Positions 9,329 through 18,955 of a stretch of DNA of 46,757 bases are shown in pieces; the stretch's first letter is position 1, and every line of letters begins with the position of its first letter. The DNA lies in NCBI GenBank assembly GCA_027728645.1, contig JAQCAA010000002.1, forward strand, positions 1-46,757, given 5' to 3'. Source of the DNA: Actinomycetota bacterium. Its GTDB lineage: Bacteria > Actinomycetota > Acidimicrobiia > Spongiisociales > UBA5794. Below the pieces are notes generated by a model. That model ran no database searches. It was given only the letters and a program-made list of their open reading frames with translations, and was not told the DNA's origin. A program made the position numbers and the translations under genes.

Positions 9329-10077
9329 CCACAAGCAACTACGACGAGTTCGAAGGCCAGGCATCAGCGCTTGGCACACCAAACAGAGCGCTCACGATCG
9401 GTGCACACCCAGACGACGCTGAGTTCGGTGCAGGAGCCACACTTGCAAGATGGGCTGACGACGGCTGCGAGATCACGATGCTGATCGTCACCGACGGTTC
9501 GAAGGGCTCATGGAATCCTGACGAGGACCGAGCCGATCTCATCGCACGTCGCAAAAAGGAGCAGACCGAAGCAGCCAACACCCTCGGCGCCAGCACCACC
9601 GTTCACCTCGGAGAGGTAGACGGCGAGCTCGAGTATTCATCTCGACTCAGAAGAGACATTGCGCTTCAGATCCGGCTTCACAGGCCAGATGTGGTGCTCA
9701 CCCACGACCCGTGGCAACGATACCAACTGCACCCTGACCACAGGGCGACAGGGCTCGCCGCTGTGGATGGTGTGATTTCCGCGAGGGAACCACTTGCGCT
9801 CACTGACACCGGAACCGATGCCCATCGGCCGGAAGCTGTGCTTTTATGGTCCGCCGATGAGCCTGATTACATCGAACCGGTCAACCAGCAGTGGTTCGAT
9901 GTGAAGCTCGCCGCCTTGTTGTGCCATTCCAGCCAGGCAGTTACTTCAATGGGTGACGCAGCCGACAGCGACGCGAAGAGGCACGAATTCGCGCAACGAC
10001 TTCACCACTGGCATGAGAAGAGCGGGTCGGTGCTCGGCGCAGGACCGGCCGAAACTTTCAAACGGCTTACACCGTAG
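9325..10077 (+). CDS. PIG-L (LmbE/MshB-like) family deacetylase
   Basis: The motifs GAHPDDAEFGAG and HPDHRATG are present. There is a GTGA overlap with fbiD. Confidence 0.8.
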   Translation: MTTSNYDEFEGQASALGTPNRALTIGAHPDDAEFGAGATLARWADDGCEITMLIVTDGSKGSWNPDEDRADLIARRKKEQTEAANTLGASTTVHLGEVDGELEYSSRLRRDIALQIRLHRPDVVLTHDPWQRYQLHPDHRATGLAAVDGVISAREPLALTDTGTDAHRPEAVLLWSADEPDYIEPVNQQWFDVKLAALLCHSSQAVTSMGDAADSDAKRHEFAQRLHHWHEKSGSVLGAGPAETFKRLTP

Positions 10078-10112
10078 GGCGAGAACAGAGCAGCAAGGGG
10101 AAGGACCGAAGA

Positions 10113-11213
10113 ATGAGTGTTGTCGTACTCGGGGCGGGAATCGTTGGATCGGCGGCTATCTGGGATCTCAAGCGGCGTGGGTTTGAGGTGGCGGTCGCCG
10201 ACGCCGACCCAGAGAGCGTCGTCCGTGCGTCTCGACGGTTCGATGTTGCTGCAAGTGTCATGGATGTGAGCGACCTCGATGAGGTGAGAGCGGGTCTCTC
10301 TCCCCACGACGCTGTCGTGTCGGCAGTGCCGTACCGATTTGGTGTCGTCGTAGCGCAAGCTGCAATCGACACAGGCACCCACTACGCCGACTTTGGTGGA
10401 AACCCAGCTGTGGTGGCTCGTCAGAAGGAGATGGATGCGTCGGCAGCGGAGGCTGGCCTGATGATCGTCCCCGACTGCGGGCTTGCACCAGGGGTTGCCA
10501 ACGTGATGGCGACCCAACTCATCGAGGAAGCAGATCCGGGACCTATCGACAGCGTGCAGATTCGGGTAGGGGCTCTCCCCCAAGTGCCGGTTGGATCCCT
10601 TGGCTACCAGCTCGCCTTCAACGCTGCAGGTTTGATCAATGAGTACGCGGAACCGTGCGAGGTCATCGACGGCGGGAAGTACGCAACTGTCGAACCACTC
10701 ACCCGTTTCGAGACGGTTGAGTGGGACGGATGGGGACCGCTCGAAGCCTTCTCAACCGCTGGCGGCACCTCAAGCATGTGTTCGCTGCACACCGACGTCG
10801 TGTCTCACCTTGAGTACAAGACCTTGAGATTTCCGGGCCATGGAAACGTCTTTCGCGCCATGCTCGAGCTCGGCATGTTCAATGAGGATCGGGGAGCATC
10901 CGGCGTTTCTCCTCGCGACCTGCTCCTCGAAACGCTCAATGCATCTCTTCCCCGTGACCAACCAGATCTCGTCTTGGTTCGTGCATGGATCGACCAGGGA
11001 GGTGTTCGAAAGGGCATGCAGATCGAAGACGTCGAGCAGGACGGCTTCACAGCACTCGCCCGCACAACCGCGTTTCCTGCAACCGCACTCATCGATCTCG
11101 TTGTGAGCGGGAGCATTTCGAGACCTGGAGTCAAGACGATGAACGAGGCCATCACCGGCGATGAACTCGTCCCACAGCTCGCGCCCGTCAACATCAATGT
11201 AGAACGGTTCTGA
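10113..11213 (+). CDS. Saccharopine dehydrogenase-like NAD(P)-binding oxidoreductase
   Basis: An N-terminal Rossmann motif (VVVLGAGIVGSAA) is followed by PDCGLAPGVANVM and a C-terminal Sacchrp_dh-like region. Confidence 0.7.
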   Translation: MSVVVLGAGIVGSAAIWDLKRRGFEVAVADADPESVVRASRRFDVAASVMDVSDLDEVRAGLSPHDAVVSAVPYRFGVVVAQAAIDTGTHYADFGGNPAVVARQKEMDASAAEAGLMIVPDCGLAPGVANVMATQLIEEADPGPIDSVQIRVGALPQVPVGSLGYQLAFNAAGLINEYAEPCEVIDGGKYATVEPLTRFETVEWDGWGPLEAFSTAGGTSSMCSLHTDVVSHLEYKTLRFPGHGNVFRAMLELGMFNEDRGASGVSPRDLLLETLNASLPRDQPDLVLVRAWIDQGGVRKGMQIEDVEQDGFTALARTTAFPATALIDLVVSGSISRPGVKTMNEAITGDELVPQLAPVNINVERF

Positions 11214-11263
11214 ACCTCGCCACCTGAACGGGATGTGCGCCCCACAAGGGCTAATGTGGGCAT

Positions 11264-11977
11264 ATGAGCACATCCAACGTAGCGGTCATACCGGGAGGCA
11301 CCGGATCAGTCGGGCGATGTCTCATCCCTCTCCTCCTCGACCGCGGATTCAAGGTAGCCGCCACCTATCTCCTCCCAGAGGAGGCGACAGCACTCGAAGA
11401 GGGCCTCGATTACGACGAGGACCGACTCATCCTCAGACGGGTGGACGTTTCAGACGCAACAGCCGTCAACGAATTCATGGCTGAGGCGGCTGAGGCATAT
11501 GGGGCGATCAATGTCATGGCATCTCTGGTTGGTGGCTGGGCGGGAGGCAGGGATGTCGCAGAGACCAGCGAAGTGCGCCTCGATCGCATGATCGATCTCA
11601 ACCTGCGAACGGCGTGGAATACCACACGAGCATCGATTCCGTTGATGGCGGAGGACTGGGGCCGAATCATCCTGATGGGGTCAAAGCACGCACTCGATGC
11701 TCCAGCCGGTCAGGCCGCGTACAACGTCGCAAAATCAGGAGTTCTCGCACTCGCGAAGTCGGTAGCAACAGAACTCCTCGATACCCAAACAACATGCAAC
11801 GCTCTTCTTCCTTCCGTTATCAACACCGATGCGACAAGGGCAGCCCTCCCCTATGCCGACTATGTCAACTGGCCCCAGCCGGAAGACATCGCAGATGTCA
11901 TCAACTTCCTTGCGAGCGAGCAGTCCAAGGTAATCAACGGGGCCTTCATCCCCGTGTGGGGTTCCGCGCTGATCTAA
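11264..11977 (+). CDS. SDR-family oxidoreductase
   Basis: It has a GGTGSVG cofactor motif, a catalytic YNVAK (YxxxK), and a length of about 237 aa. Confidence 0.8.
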   Translation: MSTSNVAVIPGGTGSVGRCLIPLLLDRGFKVAATYLLPEEATALEEGLDYDEDRLILRRVDVSDATAVNEFMAEAAEAYGAINVMASLVGGWAGGRDVAETSEVRLDRMIDLNLRTAWNTTRASIPLMAEDWGRIILMGSKHALDAPAGQAAYNVAKSGVLALAKSVATELLDTQTTCNALLPSVINTDATRAALPYADYVNWPQPEDIADVINFLASEQSKVINGAFIPVWGSALI

Positions 11978-11984
11978 GGCATTT

Positions 11985-13616
11985 GTGGATTACGACGTCA
12001 TCATCATCGGATCCGGATTCGGCGGCAGTGTTAGCGCGATGAGGCTTGCGGACAAGGGCTACAGAGTTTGCGTTATCGAGGCAGGGAAACGGTGGGAGGG
12101 AAAGGACTTCCCACGTACAAACTGGAACCCTTTCAGGTCACTGTGGTTCCCAAAACTCGGCATGCGGGGCATCCAACGGCTGTCACTCCTCAAACACGTG
12201 ATGGCGTTAAGCGGCGTGGGTGTCGGTGGTGGATCGCTCGTGTACGCAAACACCCACTACGAACCCCTCGATCCGTTCTACAGCGACGGCCAATGGGCAG
12301 ACGTCACCGACTGGAAGGACGAACTCGCGCCGTATTTCGACCTCGCACGGTCGATGCTCGGTGTGACGCAGAACCCGCTCGACACACCTGCCGATATTGT
12401 GATGCGCTCGGTCGCCGCCGAGATGGAGGTTGCGGGCTCATTCAGCCCAACGCCAGTAGCGGTGTACTTCGGTGAGTCTGGCGTCGAGGTCGATGACCCC
12501 TACTTCGGAGGCGAAGGACCTCGAAGATCTGGGTGTGTTGCCTGCGGTAACTGCATGGTCGGTTGTCGGTTCAACGCGAAGAACACGCTCGACAAGAACT
12601 ACCTGTGGTTCGCAGAGCGTGCAGGGGCCCACATCATGCCGGAGCAACAGGTCAACGATGTCGAGGAGATAGCAGGCGGCTGGGCCGTGTCCTCGCATCG
12701 CCCAGGTGCCTGGATGCGCAAGGGCAAGAGACGGACAACGGCTACGCATGTCATCTTCTCAGCTGGGGCGCTCGGCACGACGCGACTGCTCTTGGAGCTC
12801 GCAGAGCGCGGCCGCATTCCAAACATCTCAAGCAACCTTGGGCACCTTGTACGGACGAACTCAGAGGCGATTCTCGGCGCCGTGGCCAACACCACAGAGG
12901 TCGATTACAGCGAAGGGATCGCAATCACGTCATCGATCCACCTCAACGACCACACCCACGTCGAGCCGGTTCGATACGGCAAGGGCTCAAACGCACTCGG
13001 CCTCCTCAGCACAGTGTTGACCGACGGTGGTCCAGGACTGCCGCGACCCATTCGGTTTCTGCGAAACGTCGTTCGGCATCCAATCGCGTTCTTGAGATCC
13101 CTTTCCGTGTGGAAGTGGTCTGAGCGCACGATCATCCTCCTCGTCATGCAGAGCAGTGACAACAGCCTTCGCCTGATCCGGAAACGAGGGCTGTTCGGAA
13201 TGAAGCTGTCGACGGCTCAGAGCCACGGAGAACCGAGTCCGACCTACATTCATGAGGCGAACGATGTCGCGAGAGCCACCGCTCGGATCATAGGGGGGCA
13301 GCCAATGAGCGCCATCCATGAAGTTCTCTTCGATACACCAACCACAGCTCACCTTCTGGGCGGCGCACCAGTTGGATCGAGCCCCAACAAGGGGGTCGTC
13401 GATGCCTATCACCGGGTCTTCGGTCACAAGACCCTCCATGTCATCGACGGCGCAGCAATCGGAGCGAACCTCGGAGTCAATCCTTCGCTTACGATCACGG
13501 CGATGGCTGAACGTGCGGTCAACGCATGGCCTCGAGCGGGCGAACCGGACAGCCGACCCGCTCAGGGCGACCCATATCAGAGAATCGCTAAATCCGAGAC
13601 GATCCGCAGCTTCTAG
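11985..13616 (+). CDS. GMC-family FAD oxidoreductase (cholesterol-oxidase-like)
   Basis: It has a GTG start. The FAD motif is DVIIIGSGFGGSVSAMRLADKGYRVCVIEAGKRW, and a C-terminal GMC_oxred_C-like region (HLLGGAPVG...VIDGAAIGANLGVNPSLTITAMAERA) is present. Confidence 0.8.
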   Translation: MDYDVIIIGSGFGGSVSAMRLADKGYRVCVIEAGKRWEGKDFPRTNWNPFRSLWFPKLGMRGIQRLSLLKHVMALSGVGVGGGSLVYANTHYEPLDPFYSDGQWADVTDWKDELAPYFDLARSMLGVTQNPLDTPADIVMRSVAAEMEVAGSFSPTPVAVYFGESGVEVDDPYFGGEGPRRSGCVACGNCMVGCRFNAKNTLDKNYLWFAERAGAHIMPEQQVNDVEEIAGGWAVSSHRPGAWMRKGKRRTTATHVIFSAGALGTTRLLLELAERGRIPNISSNLGHLVRTNSEAILGAVANTTEVDYSEGIAITSSIHLNDHTHVEPVRYGKGSNALGLLSTVLTDGGPGLPRPIRFLRNVVRHPIAFLRSLSVWKWSERTIILLVMQSSDNSLRLIRKRGLFGMKLSTAQSHGEPSPTYIHEANDVARATARIIGGQPMSAIHEVLFDTPTTAHLLGGAPVGSSPNKGVVDAYHRVFGHKTLHVIDGAAIGANLGVNPSLTITAMAERAVNAWPRAGEPDSRPAQGDPYQRIAKSETIRSF

Positions 13617-13628
13617 CGCCGTCTCCCT

Positions 13629-14921
13629 TTACACGCCGGTCCCCCGCGTCCCGGCGTCCCTTGCCGGAGTCACGCGGTTCCTGGTCGCGATATCGGCAGG
13701 CTCTTGCATCTCGCCAGCATCCTCGTCGTGATCCATGTTCGAGACCCATCTCCCATACATGATCGACAGCGGCCACGCGGTCACCCCATGCAGCAACACG
13801 CTGAGCGCAACCGTTGTCGAGACAATCGTCAGCGTCAACTCCGTCGCGGTTGGATCGACTTCAGCTACAACCGTGCCAGCAAACACGAGCGAAGCGATTC
13901 CTCTCGGACCAAACCAACCGAGGAACGCGACCGTTGGAAGAGCAACCTTGGCCCGGAACATAGCCAATCCGACGGGAATCAACCTCACGACGGTGAGACT
14001 CGCCAGCGCATACACGACAATCTCCCACGTGATCGCAGAGATCCGCGGACCAAAGATCAAGGCGCCAAAGAGGAGGAACGAAAGGATCGTCAACAGATAG
14101 GCAAGGGCCTCAGACAGCGTGCAGATGTCGGGATACTTCTCCCTCACGAGGTTTCCGAATACCAGGCCACCGACGAATGCTGCGATGAATCCAGAGCCAT
14201 GGAGGGTGGTCGCAACCAAGAAGCACAGGACTGCGATGACCGGGACCAACATCTGTCTCCATTCACGAGACATCCATCCCCGCTGATAGCAGAGCACGAC
14301 CAGCTTCCCTCCGGCGTATCCGACCGCGAGCCCCACGACGATCGCCACTCCAAGTTCTTCGAGGAACAGGCTCACGAGTCCGGTGCCCGTTGTCATCTCG
14401 CCGGCGACGCCTGCGATCGCAATGGACAGGAACGGCACCGCAATCCCGTCGTTGAGCCCGCTCTCGACACTGAGTCCCTGCCGCACGGCTCCAGGCACCA
14501 TGTCATTGGTAACAACCGCTTGGCCGAGAGCCGCATCGGTAGGTGCGAGCGTCACAGCCACGACCGCCGCTCCCCAGAACCCGAGTTCACCAAACATCGC
14601 AGCCGCAAGAGCGATCCCAGCCGCCATCGTCCCGATGAGACCGACGGTGAGGAGTCGGGTTGGAATCGTTAAGTGTCTCCGAACGGCAGCCACATCAATG
14701 ACGGCAGCGTCCGTGAAAAGCACGATGACGAGCGTCATCTCGAGCACGGTCTGCACGACATCGTCAGTGAGCGGAAGGCTCACAACGTTGAGGGCTTCTG
14801 GCCCAGCGAGTACCCCTAAGACAACAAACAACATCGGACCGGTAATCGGTGTCTTAGCGAGGTATTTCGAGAAGAGACCGTATGCAACAACAAACGACAT
14901 CACCAGCGCGGCACCAACCAT
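13629..14921 (-). CDS. Na+/H+ (cation:proton) antiporter, CPA1 family
   Basis: The protein has about 12 TM segments and the motifs LAPTDAALG and ESGLNDG. I place the start at the ATG at 14921, preceded by AAGGAGG. The track's 49-aa N-terminal extension is Arg-rich and runs toward the tRNA. Confidence 0.8.
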   Translation of the reverse strand: MVGAALVMSFVVAYGLFSKYLAKTPITGPMLFVVLGVLAGPEALNVVSLPLTDDVVQTVLEMTLVIVLFTDAAVIDVAAVRRHLTIPTRLLTVGLIGTMAAGIALAAAMFGELGFWGAAVVAVTLAPTDAALGQAVVTNDMVPGAVRQGLSVESGLNDGIAVPFLSIAIAGVAGEMTTGTGLVSLFLEELGVAIVVGLAVGYAGGKLVVLCYQRGWMSREWRQMLVPVIAVLCFLVATTLHGSGFIAAFVGGLVFGNLVREKYPDICTLSEALAYLLTILSFLLFGALIFGPRISAITWEIVVYALASLTVVRLIPVGLAMFRAKVALPTVAFLGWFGPRGIASLVFAGTVVAEVDPTATELTLTIVSTTVALSVLLHGVTAWPLSIMYGRWVSNMDHDEDAGEMQEPADIATRNRVTPARDAGTRGTGV

Positions 14922-15085
14922 GTTCCAGCCTCCTTGCGAGCAACCAATCCTAGGTCCCCTCGCCATCGGGTCAATCGGTTGAAAACTGGCCCATATCCGC
15001 CTGTCGTCAGGAGATAGACTGCGTCTCCGACATCGAAGGACCGCCAGGGAGCGGAGTGGTTTCGACACTCGATGCGGTTTCGTGT

Positions 15086-15161
15086 TGGTAGCCCCGACCG
15101 GATTTGAACCGGCGCTACTGCCTTGAGAGGGCAGCGTCCTAGGCCGCTAGACGACGGGGCC
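15086..15161 (-). tRNA. tRNA-Glu (anticodon CUC), CCA encoded
   Basis: I folded it by hand: GGCCCCG-U-C-GUCU..GGAC, anticodon arm CUGCC-CU CUC AA-GGCAG, a 4-nt variable loop, T arm GCCGG-UUCAAAU-CCGGU, acceptor CGGGGCU, then ACCA. Confidence 0.9.
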
Positions 15162-15186
15162 GAGAGCAGACCTTCGGCCTGCCTCG

Positions 15187-15258
15187 CTCGGGGGGAAGGA
15201 CTTGAACCCTCAATATCTGGACCAGAACCAGGTGTGTTACCAATTACACCACCCCCGA
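15187..15258 (-). tRNA. tRNA-Gln (anticodon CUG), no encoded CCA
   Basis: I folded it by hand: acceptor UCGGGGG/CCCCCGA with U1-A72, D arm GUGU-AAUUGGUA-ACAC, anticodon loop UU CUG GU, and T arm GAGGG-UUCAAGU-CCUUC. Confidence 0.9.
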
Positions 15259-15268
15259 AAGCGTCGCA

Positions 15269-15298
15269 AGGATACGAGCAAGTGCTGCCTATTGGCAA
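15269..15298 (-). promoter_or_regulatory. Candidate sigma-70-type promoter for the tRNA-Gln/tRNA-Glu pair
   Basis: The minus strand reads TTGCCA-N18-TATCCT. The -10 element ends 10 nt before the mature tRNA-Gln 5' end. This is a sequence-only prediction. Confidence 0.35.
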
Positions 15299-15327
15299 CG
15301 TCCCGTGGGTGGTATCCGGCTTATAGT

Positions 15328-15705
15328 CTAGGTATCGAGCCCTCGCCAATTCGAGTCATCAAACCGCTGAATCTCAAGAACATTGCCGTCTGGATCGTCG
15401 ACGTAGGCGTGGTAGATCTTGTAGGTCTCGCTGTACTGCGGACCGCCTCGCACTGCCCAACCTTCGGCAAGGACGCGCTCACACCAACCGTCGACATCGT
15501 CTACCACGATCGTTGTGACAGCCCCTGCCGGCCCTTCAAACGGCTCGCGAAGACAGACACCAAGAAAGGCGGTATCGGTGACTCGGTAGATCCGACACGC
15601 TCCCTGATCCACCGTCAGCGACAAACCGAGGACCCGTTCATAAAAGTCGGCCGAGCGATCCAAATCTTCCGAAGGGAGAAAACTGATAAACGCGTCTGCC
15701 TTCAC
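15328..15705 (-). CDS. VOC-family (glyoxalase/bleomycin-resistance fold) protein
   Basis: The 125-aa protein has the pattern FYERVLGLSL...YHAYVDDPDGNVLEI typical of glyoxalase-fold proteins. There is a 4-nt overlap with the gltX stop. Confidence 0.7.
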   Translation of the reverse strand: MKADAFISFLPSEDLDRSADFYERVLGLSLTVDQGACRIYRVTDTAFLGVCLREPFEGPAGAVTTIVVDDVDGWCERVLAEGWAVRGGPQYSETYKIYHAYVDDPDGNVLEIQRFDDSNWRGLDT

Positions 15706-17150
15706 AACAACAGACTCCGGGCTCGTTCAATCCGTTTCAGAGTCTCGTCAAGACCAAGTACCTCAATCGACTCAAACAATGGTGGGCTCACCGTTGAGCC
15801 CGAAATCGCAACTCTGATTGGCTGGAATCCCTTTCCAGCAGAAAGTCCGTTGGTCTCGAGCATGGACCGAAGAGCCCCATCGATTGCCGTGGTGGTCCAC
15901 TCCGCAAGCGATTCGAGCACCTCAACGGCAGCTCCCAAAGCTACTGGAGCCTCGGGCGTTTCCATGACCTTGGACCACGCCTTGTCGTCATACGTCTCTG
16001 GTGCCACAAACAGGAACCGAGCCTGGTCCGGAATCTCAGCAAGCAACTTCGTGCGCTCCTTTATGGCCGGTGCAAGCGCTGCTAGGTCCGAAACCTCGTC
16101 AACTTCTAGCTCGCGTCCGAGGTCGGCCTCGATCAGAGGTCTTGCCACAGCGACGAACGCATCGTCCGACATCTCGCGGATGTAGACGCCGTTCATCCAC
16201 TCAAGTTTCACTGGGTCGAACACCGCAGGATTGCGCGAAATCGAAGTTCCGTCGAACCGGCTGATCATGTCGTCGAGCGCAACAAGCGTCTCGTCTTCAC
16301 CTGGGGACCAACCAAGGAGAGCGAGGTAGTTGTTCATTGCATCAGGGAGAAACCCAGCCTCTCGGTAGGCGCTGAGTGCAGTGTCTCCATGCCGCTTCGA
16401 GAGTTTCTTGCCATCTGGGCCCATCAGCAGCGAAAGATGACCATACGTCGCCCGTTCGGCACCCATTGCCTCGGTGATGAGGATGTGCTTCGGTGTCGAA
16501 GAAAGAAGGTCTTCGCCTCTGATGACATGAGTAATGCCGAAGTCGACGTCGTCAACAGTGGATGCAAGGTGATACGTGGGGGTGTTGTTTGACCGCATGA
16601 TGACAAAGTCATCCACCTGAACATGATCGAAAACCATCTCGTCCCTGACGAGGTCGGTGAATTCGGTCGACCCAGGACGCGGAACACGGAACCGGATCAC
16701 TGGCCCATCCCCGTCAAGCATCCGTCTCGACACCTCTGCTCGTTCCGGCTCGAGGGTTCCGTCATAAGCAGGTGAAGTTCCGTTGGCCCTTGCTTCTTGC
16801 TTGAACGCCTCGAGCTGATCGGCTGTGGCGAATGAGTAGTAGGCGTGTCCGCTGTCTACCAGACTCAACGCAACCGCCCAGTACCGCTCATACCGATCCG
16901 ATTGCCGATATGTGCCGTGAGGACCACCGACTTCAAGACCCTCCCCCCAGTCGAGCCCGAGCCAGCGCATGTGTTCGAGGATGTCGACCTGAAACTCTTC
17001 CGTTGATCGTGCTTCGTCGGTGTCGTCCGATCTGAGGATGAACGTGCCTGCGAAGTGCTTCGCAAACATGAAGTTGAATAGGGCAGTTCGCGCTGCACCG
17101 ACATGCAGATAACCCGTAGGTGAAGGCGCAAACCTGACGCGAACGCTCAC
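15702..17150 (-). CDS. gltX: Glutamate--tRNA ligase
   Basis: RFAPSPTGYLHVGAARTALFN is the HIGH region and KLSKRHG is the KMSKS motif. The gene is full length (482 aa) and has a GTGA overlap with the upstream FAH gene. Confidence 0.95.
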   Translation of the reverse strand: MSVRVRFAPSPTGYLHVGAARTALFNFMFAKHFAGTFILRSDDTDEARSTEEFQVDILEHMRWLGLDWGEGLEVGGPHGTYRQSDRYERYWAVALSLVDSGHAYYSFATADQLEAFKQEARANGTSPAYDGTLEPERAEVSRRMLDGDGPVIRFRVPRPGSTEFTDLVRDEMVFDHVQVDDFVIMRSNNTPTYHLASTVDDVDFGITHVIRGEDLLSSTPKHILITEAMGAERATYGHLSLLMGPDGKKLSKRHGDTALSAYREAGFLPDAMNNYLALLGWSPGEDETLVALDDMISRFDGTSISRNPAVFDPVKLEWMNGVYIREMSDDAFVAVARPLIEADLGRELEVDEVSDLAALAPAIKERTKLLAEIPDQARFLFVAPETYDDKAWSKVMETPEAPVALGAAVEVLESLAEWTTTAIDGALRSMLETNGLSAGKGFQPIRVAISGSTVSPPLFESIEVLGLDETLKRIERARSLLL

Positions 17151-17911
17151 GCCGAAGTCACAAGGTTCATCAACGTCCCAATTCCTTCGATGTCGACCTC
17201 GACACGATCTCCCGCAACGATTGGACCAACTCCAGCCGGGGTACCTGTGAGGATTACGTCACCAGGAAGAAGCGTCATCACGGCAGTCACGTATTCGATA
17301 ATGGCCCCGACATCGAATACAAGATCGGCGGTAGACCCTTCCTGGCGCAGAACACCGTTCACAGAACAGGTGATTCGATTCGGCTCTGCTGGATCGAATT
17401 CAGTGTCGATTGCCGGGCCGAGTGGGCAGAACGTGTCGAAGCCTTTCGCTCTCGACCATTGACCATCAGATCTCTGGAGATCTCGTGCGGTGACATCGTT
17501 TGCAGCGGTGTATCCAAGAATATATGAACTGGCGTCTGCCGCTGAAACTCGCCTCGCCACCTTCCCCATGACAATGGCGAGCTCTCCTTCGTGATGGACC
17601 TCTGACGACTCCGGTGGGAGGCGTATCGCAGCCATAGGACCAATAACCGTCGTTGGAGGCTTCAGGAAGATCAGTGGGGACTCGGGAACATCTGAATCCA
17701 TCTCTGCCGCGTGGTCGACGTAGTTCTTACCGACCGCAATGATCTTGGTTGGGATCACCGGTGCGAGGAGCTTGACCTGGGTGATGGGGAGCACCGTCTC
17801 TGACCTCTCCCACTGAAAGAACGGAGACCCGTGGTAGAGGCGGATGCCGTCGGGTTCAACAGTCCCATAGGTGATGTCCTCGGCTTCGGCGTCGATGCGA
17901 ACGATCTTCAA
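17147..17911 (-). CDS. Fumarylacetoacetate hydrolase (FAH) family protein
   Basis: VGKNYVDHAAEM...FLKP...HEGELAIVMG...DVTARDLQ...KGFDTFCPLGP...PGDVILTGTPAGVG is the FAH-family pattern. A TTG start follows GGAGA. From memory, its position next to gltX matches Rv2993c/Rv2992c. Confidence 0.85.
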   Translation of the reverse strand: MKIVRIDAEAEDITYGTVEPDGIRLYHGSPFFQWERSETVLPITQVKLLAPVIPTKIIAVGKNYVDHAAEMDSDVPESPLIFLKPPTTVIGPMAAIRLPPESSEVHHEGELAIVMGKVARRVSAADASSYILGYTAANDVTARDLQRSDGQWSRAKGFDTFCPLGPAIDTEFDPAEPNRITCSVNGVLRQEGSTADLVFDVGAIIEYVTAVMTLLPGDVILTGTPAGVGPIVAGDRVEVDIEGIGTLMNLVTSA

Positions 17912-17987
17912 TTATTTCTCCGATTTGGCGGACGGCTGGTGTCGAAGCGATGGTTCACGATGGCAGTCAGCAACTATCCGATACGAC

Positions 17988-18902
17988 CTAAATGTATTCG
18001 CGCCACTCCGGGTGGAGATCGAGCTTCCCTGTTACCGCACCCATGAACAGCTCTTGAGCACGGCGAGTGACCGGGCCAGGGATGCCGTCGCCAACTGGCC
18101 GGTCGTCGACTTCGCGCACCGGCGTGACCTCGGCAGCGGTTCCGGTGAAAAACACCTCGTCGGCGTAGTAGAGATCCGACCGTGTGATCGCAGACTCTTT
18201 GATCGTGTACCCGTCCTCCTCGAGGAGTTGGTACACCGAGCTCCTTGTGAGACCGTCGAGGGCTCCTGCTGAAGTCGGAGGTGTGTGAACGATCCCCTTG
18301 CGCACCATGAAGAGATTCTCTCCGCTGCCTTCTGCGATGAGCCCGTCTTCGTTGAGGAGCAACGCCTCGTCGTAGCCAGCCCTGATCGCTGCCGTCTTGG
18401 CGAGGACCGAATTCATGTAGCCGCCTGTGCCCTTGGCGTCTGGCATAAACGAGTTCTGGCCGATGCGACGCCACGACGAAACGGCGACTCTGATGCCGTC
18501 CCTGACCCCCTCTTCGCCGAGGTACGCGCCCCACTCCCATGCGGCAATGACCATGTGGACTCGTGCGCCTGCAGGGTTGAGTCCCATCGAGCCCGTGCCG
18601 AAGAAGGTCACAGGCCTGATGTAGCCGGACTGCAGTTTGTTTGCCCGCATCAGCTCCTTGGCAGCCTCGACGAGTCCATCAACGGTGTACTCGAACGGAA
18701 TACCGAGTGCCTTTGTCGAACGCTGGAGTCTTTCCATGTGATCCGTGAGCCGGAATATTGCGGTGCCGTCAACCGCGTCATACGCACGAATGCCTTCAAA
18801 GGCCCCCGTGCCGTAATGGATTCCGTGAGAAAGGACATGAACTTTCGCCTCGTCCCAAGGGATAAGGGATCCGTCCATCCAGATGTGTTCTGTTGCTTCC
18901 AT
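17988..18902 (-). CDS. ilvE: Branched-chain amino acid aminotransferase (class IV)
   Basis: IWMDGSLIPWDEAKVHVLSHGIHYGTGAFEGIRAY...EVFFTGTAAEVTPV are present. Confidence 0.9.
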   Translation of the reverse strand: MEATEHIWMDGSLIPWDEAKVHVLSHGIHYGTGAFEGIRAYDAVDGTAIFRLTDHMERLQRSTKALGIPFEYTVDGLVEAAKELMRANKLQSGYIRPVTFFGTGSMGLNPAGARVHMVIAAWEWGAYLGEEGVRDGIRVAVSSWRRIGQNSFMPDAKGTGGYMNSVLAKTAAIRAGYDEALLLNEDGLIAEGSGENLFMVRKGIVHTPPTSAGALDGLTRSSVYQLLEEDGYTIKESAITRSDLYYADEVFFTGTAAEVTPVREVDDRPVGDGIPGPVTRRAQELFMGAVTGKLDLHPEWREYI

Positions 18903-18955
18903 GCGCCTAGTTTGGCACGAATCCTGCCCTTATTACCGAGCCGATCGCCGCGGGA

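Noticed and set aside
14900-15349. A 149-aa minus-strand ORF spanning the region between the antiporter and the VOC gene.
   Set aside because: It runs straight through both hand-folded tRNA genes (15086..15161 and 15187..15258), so it is an artefact.
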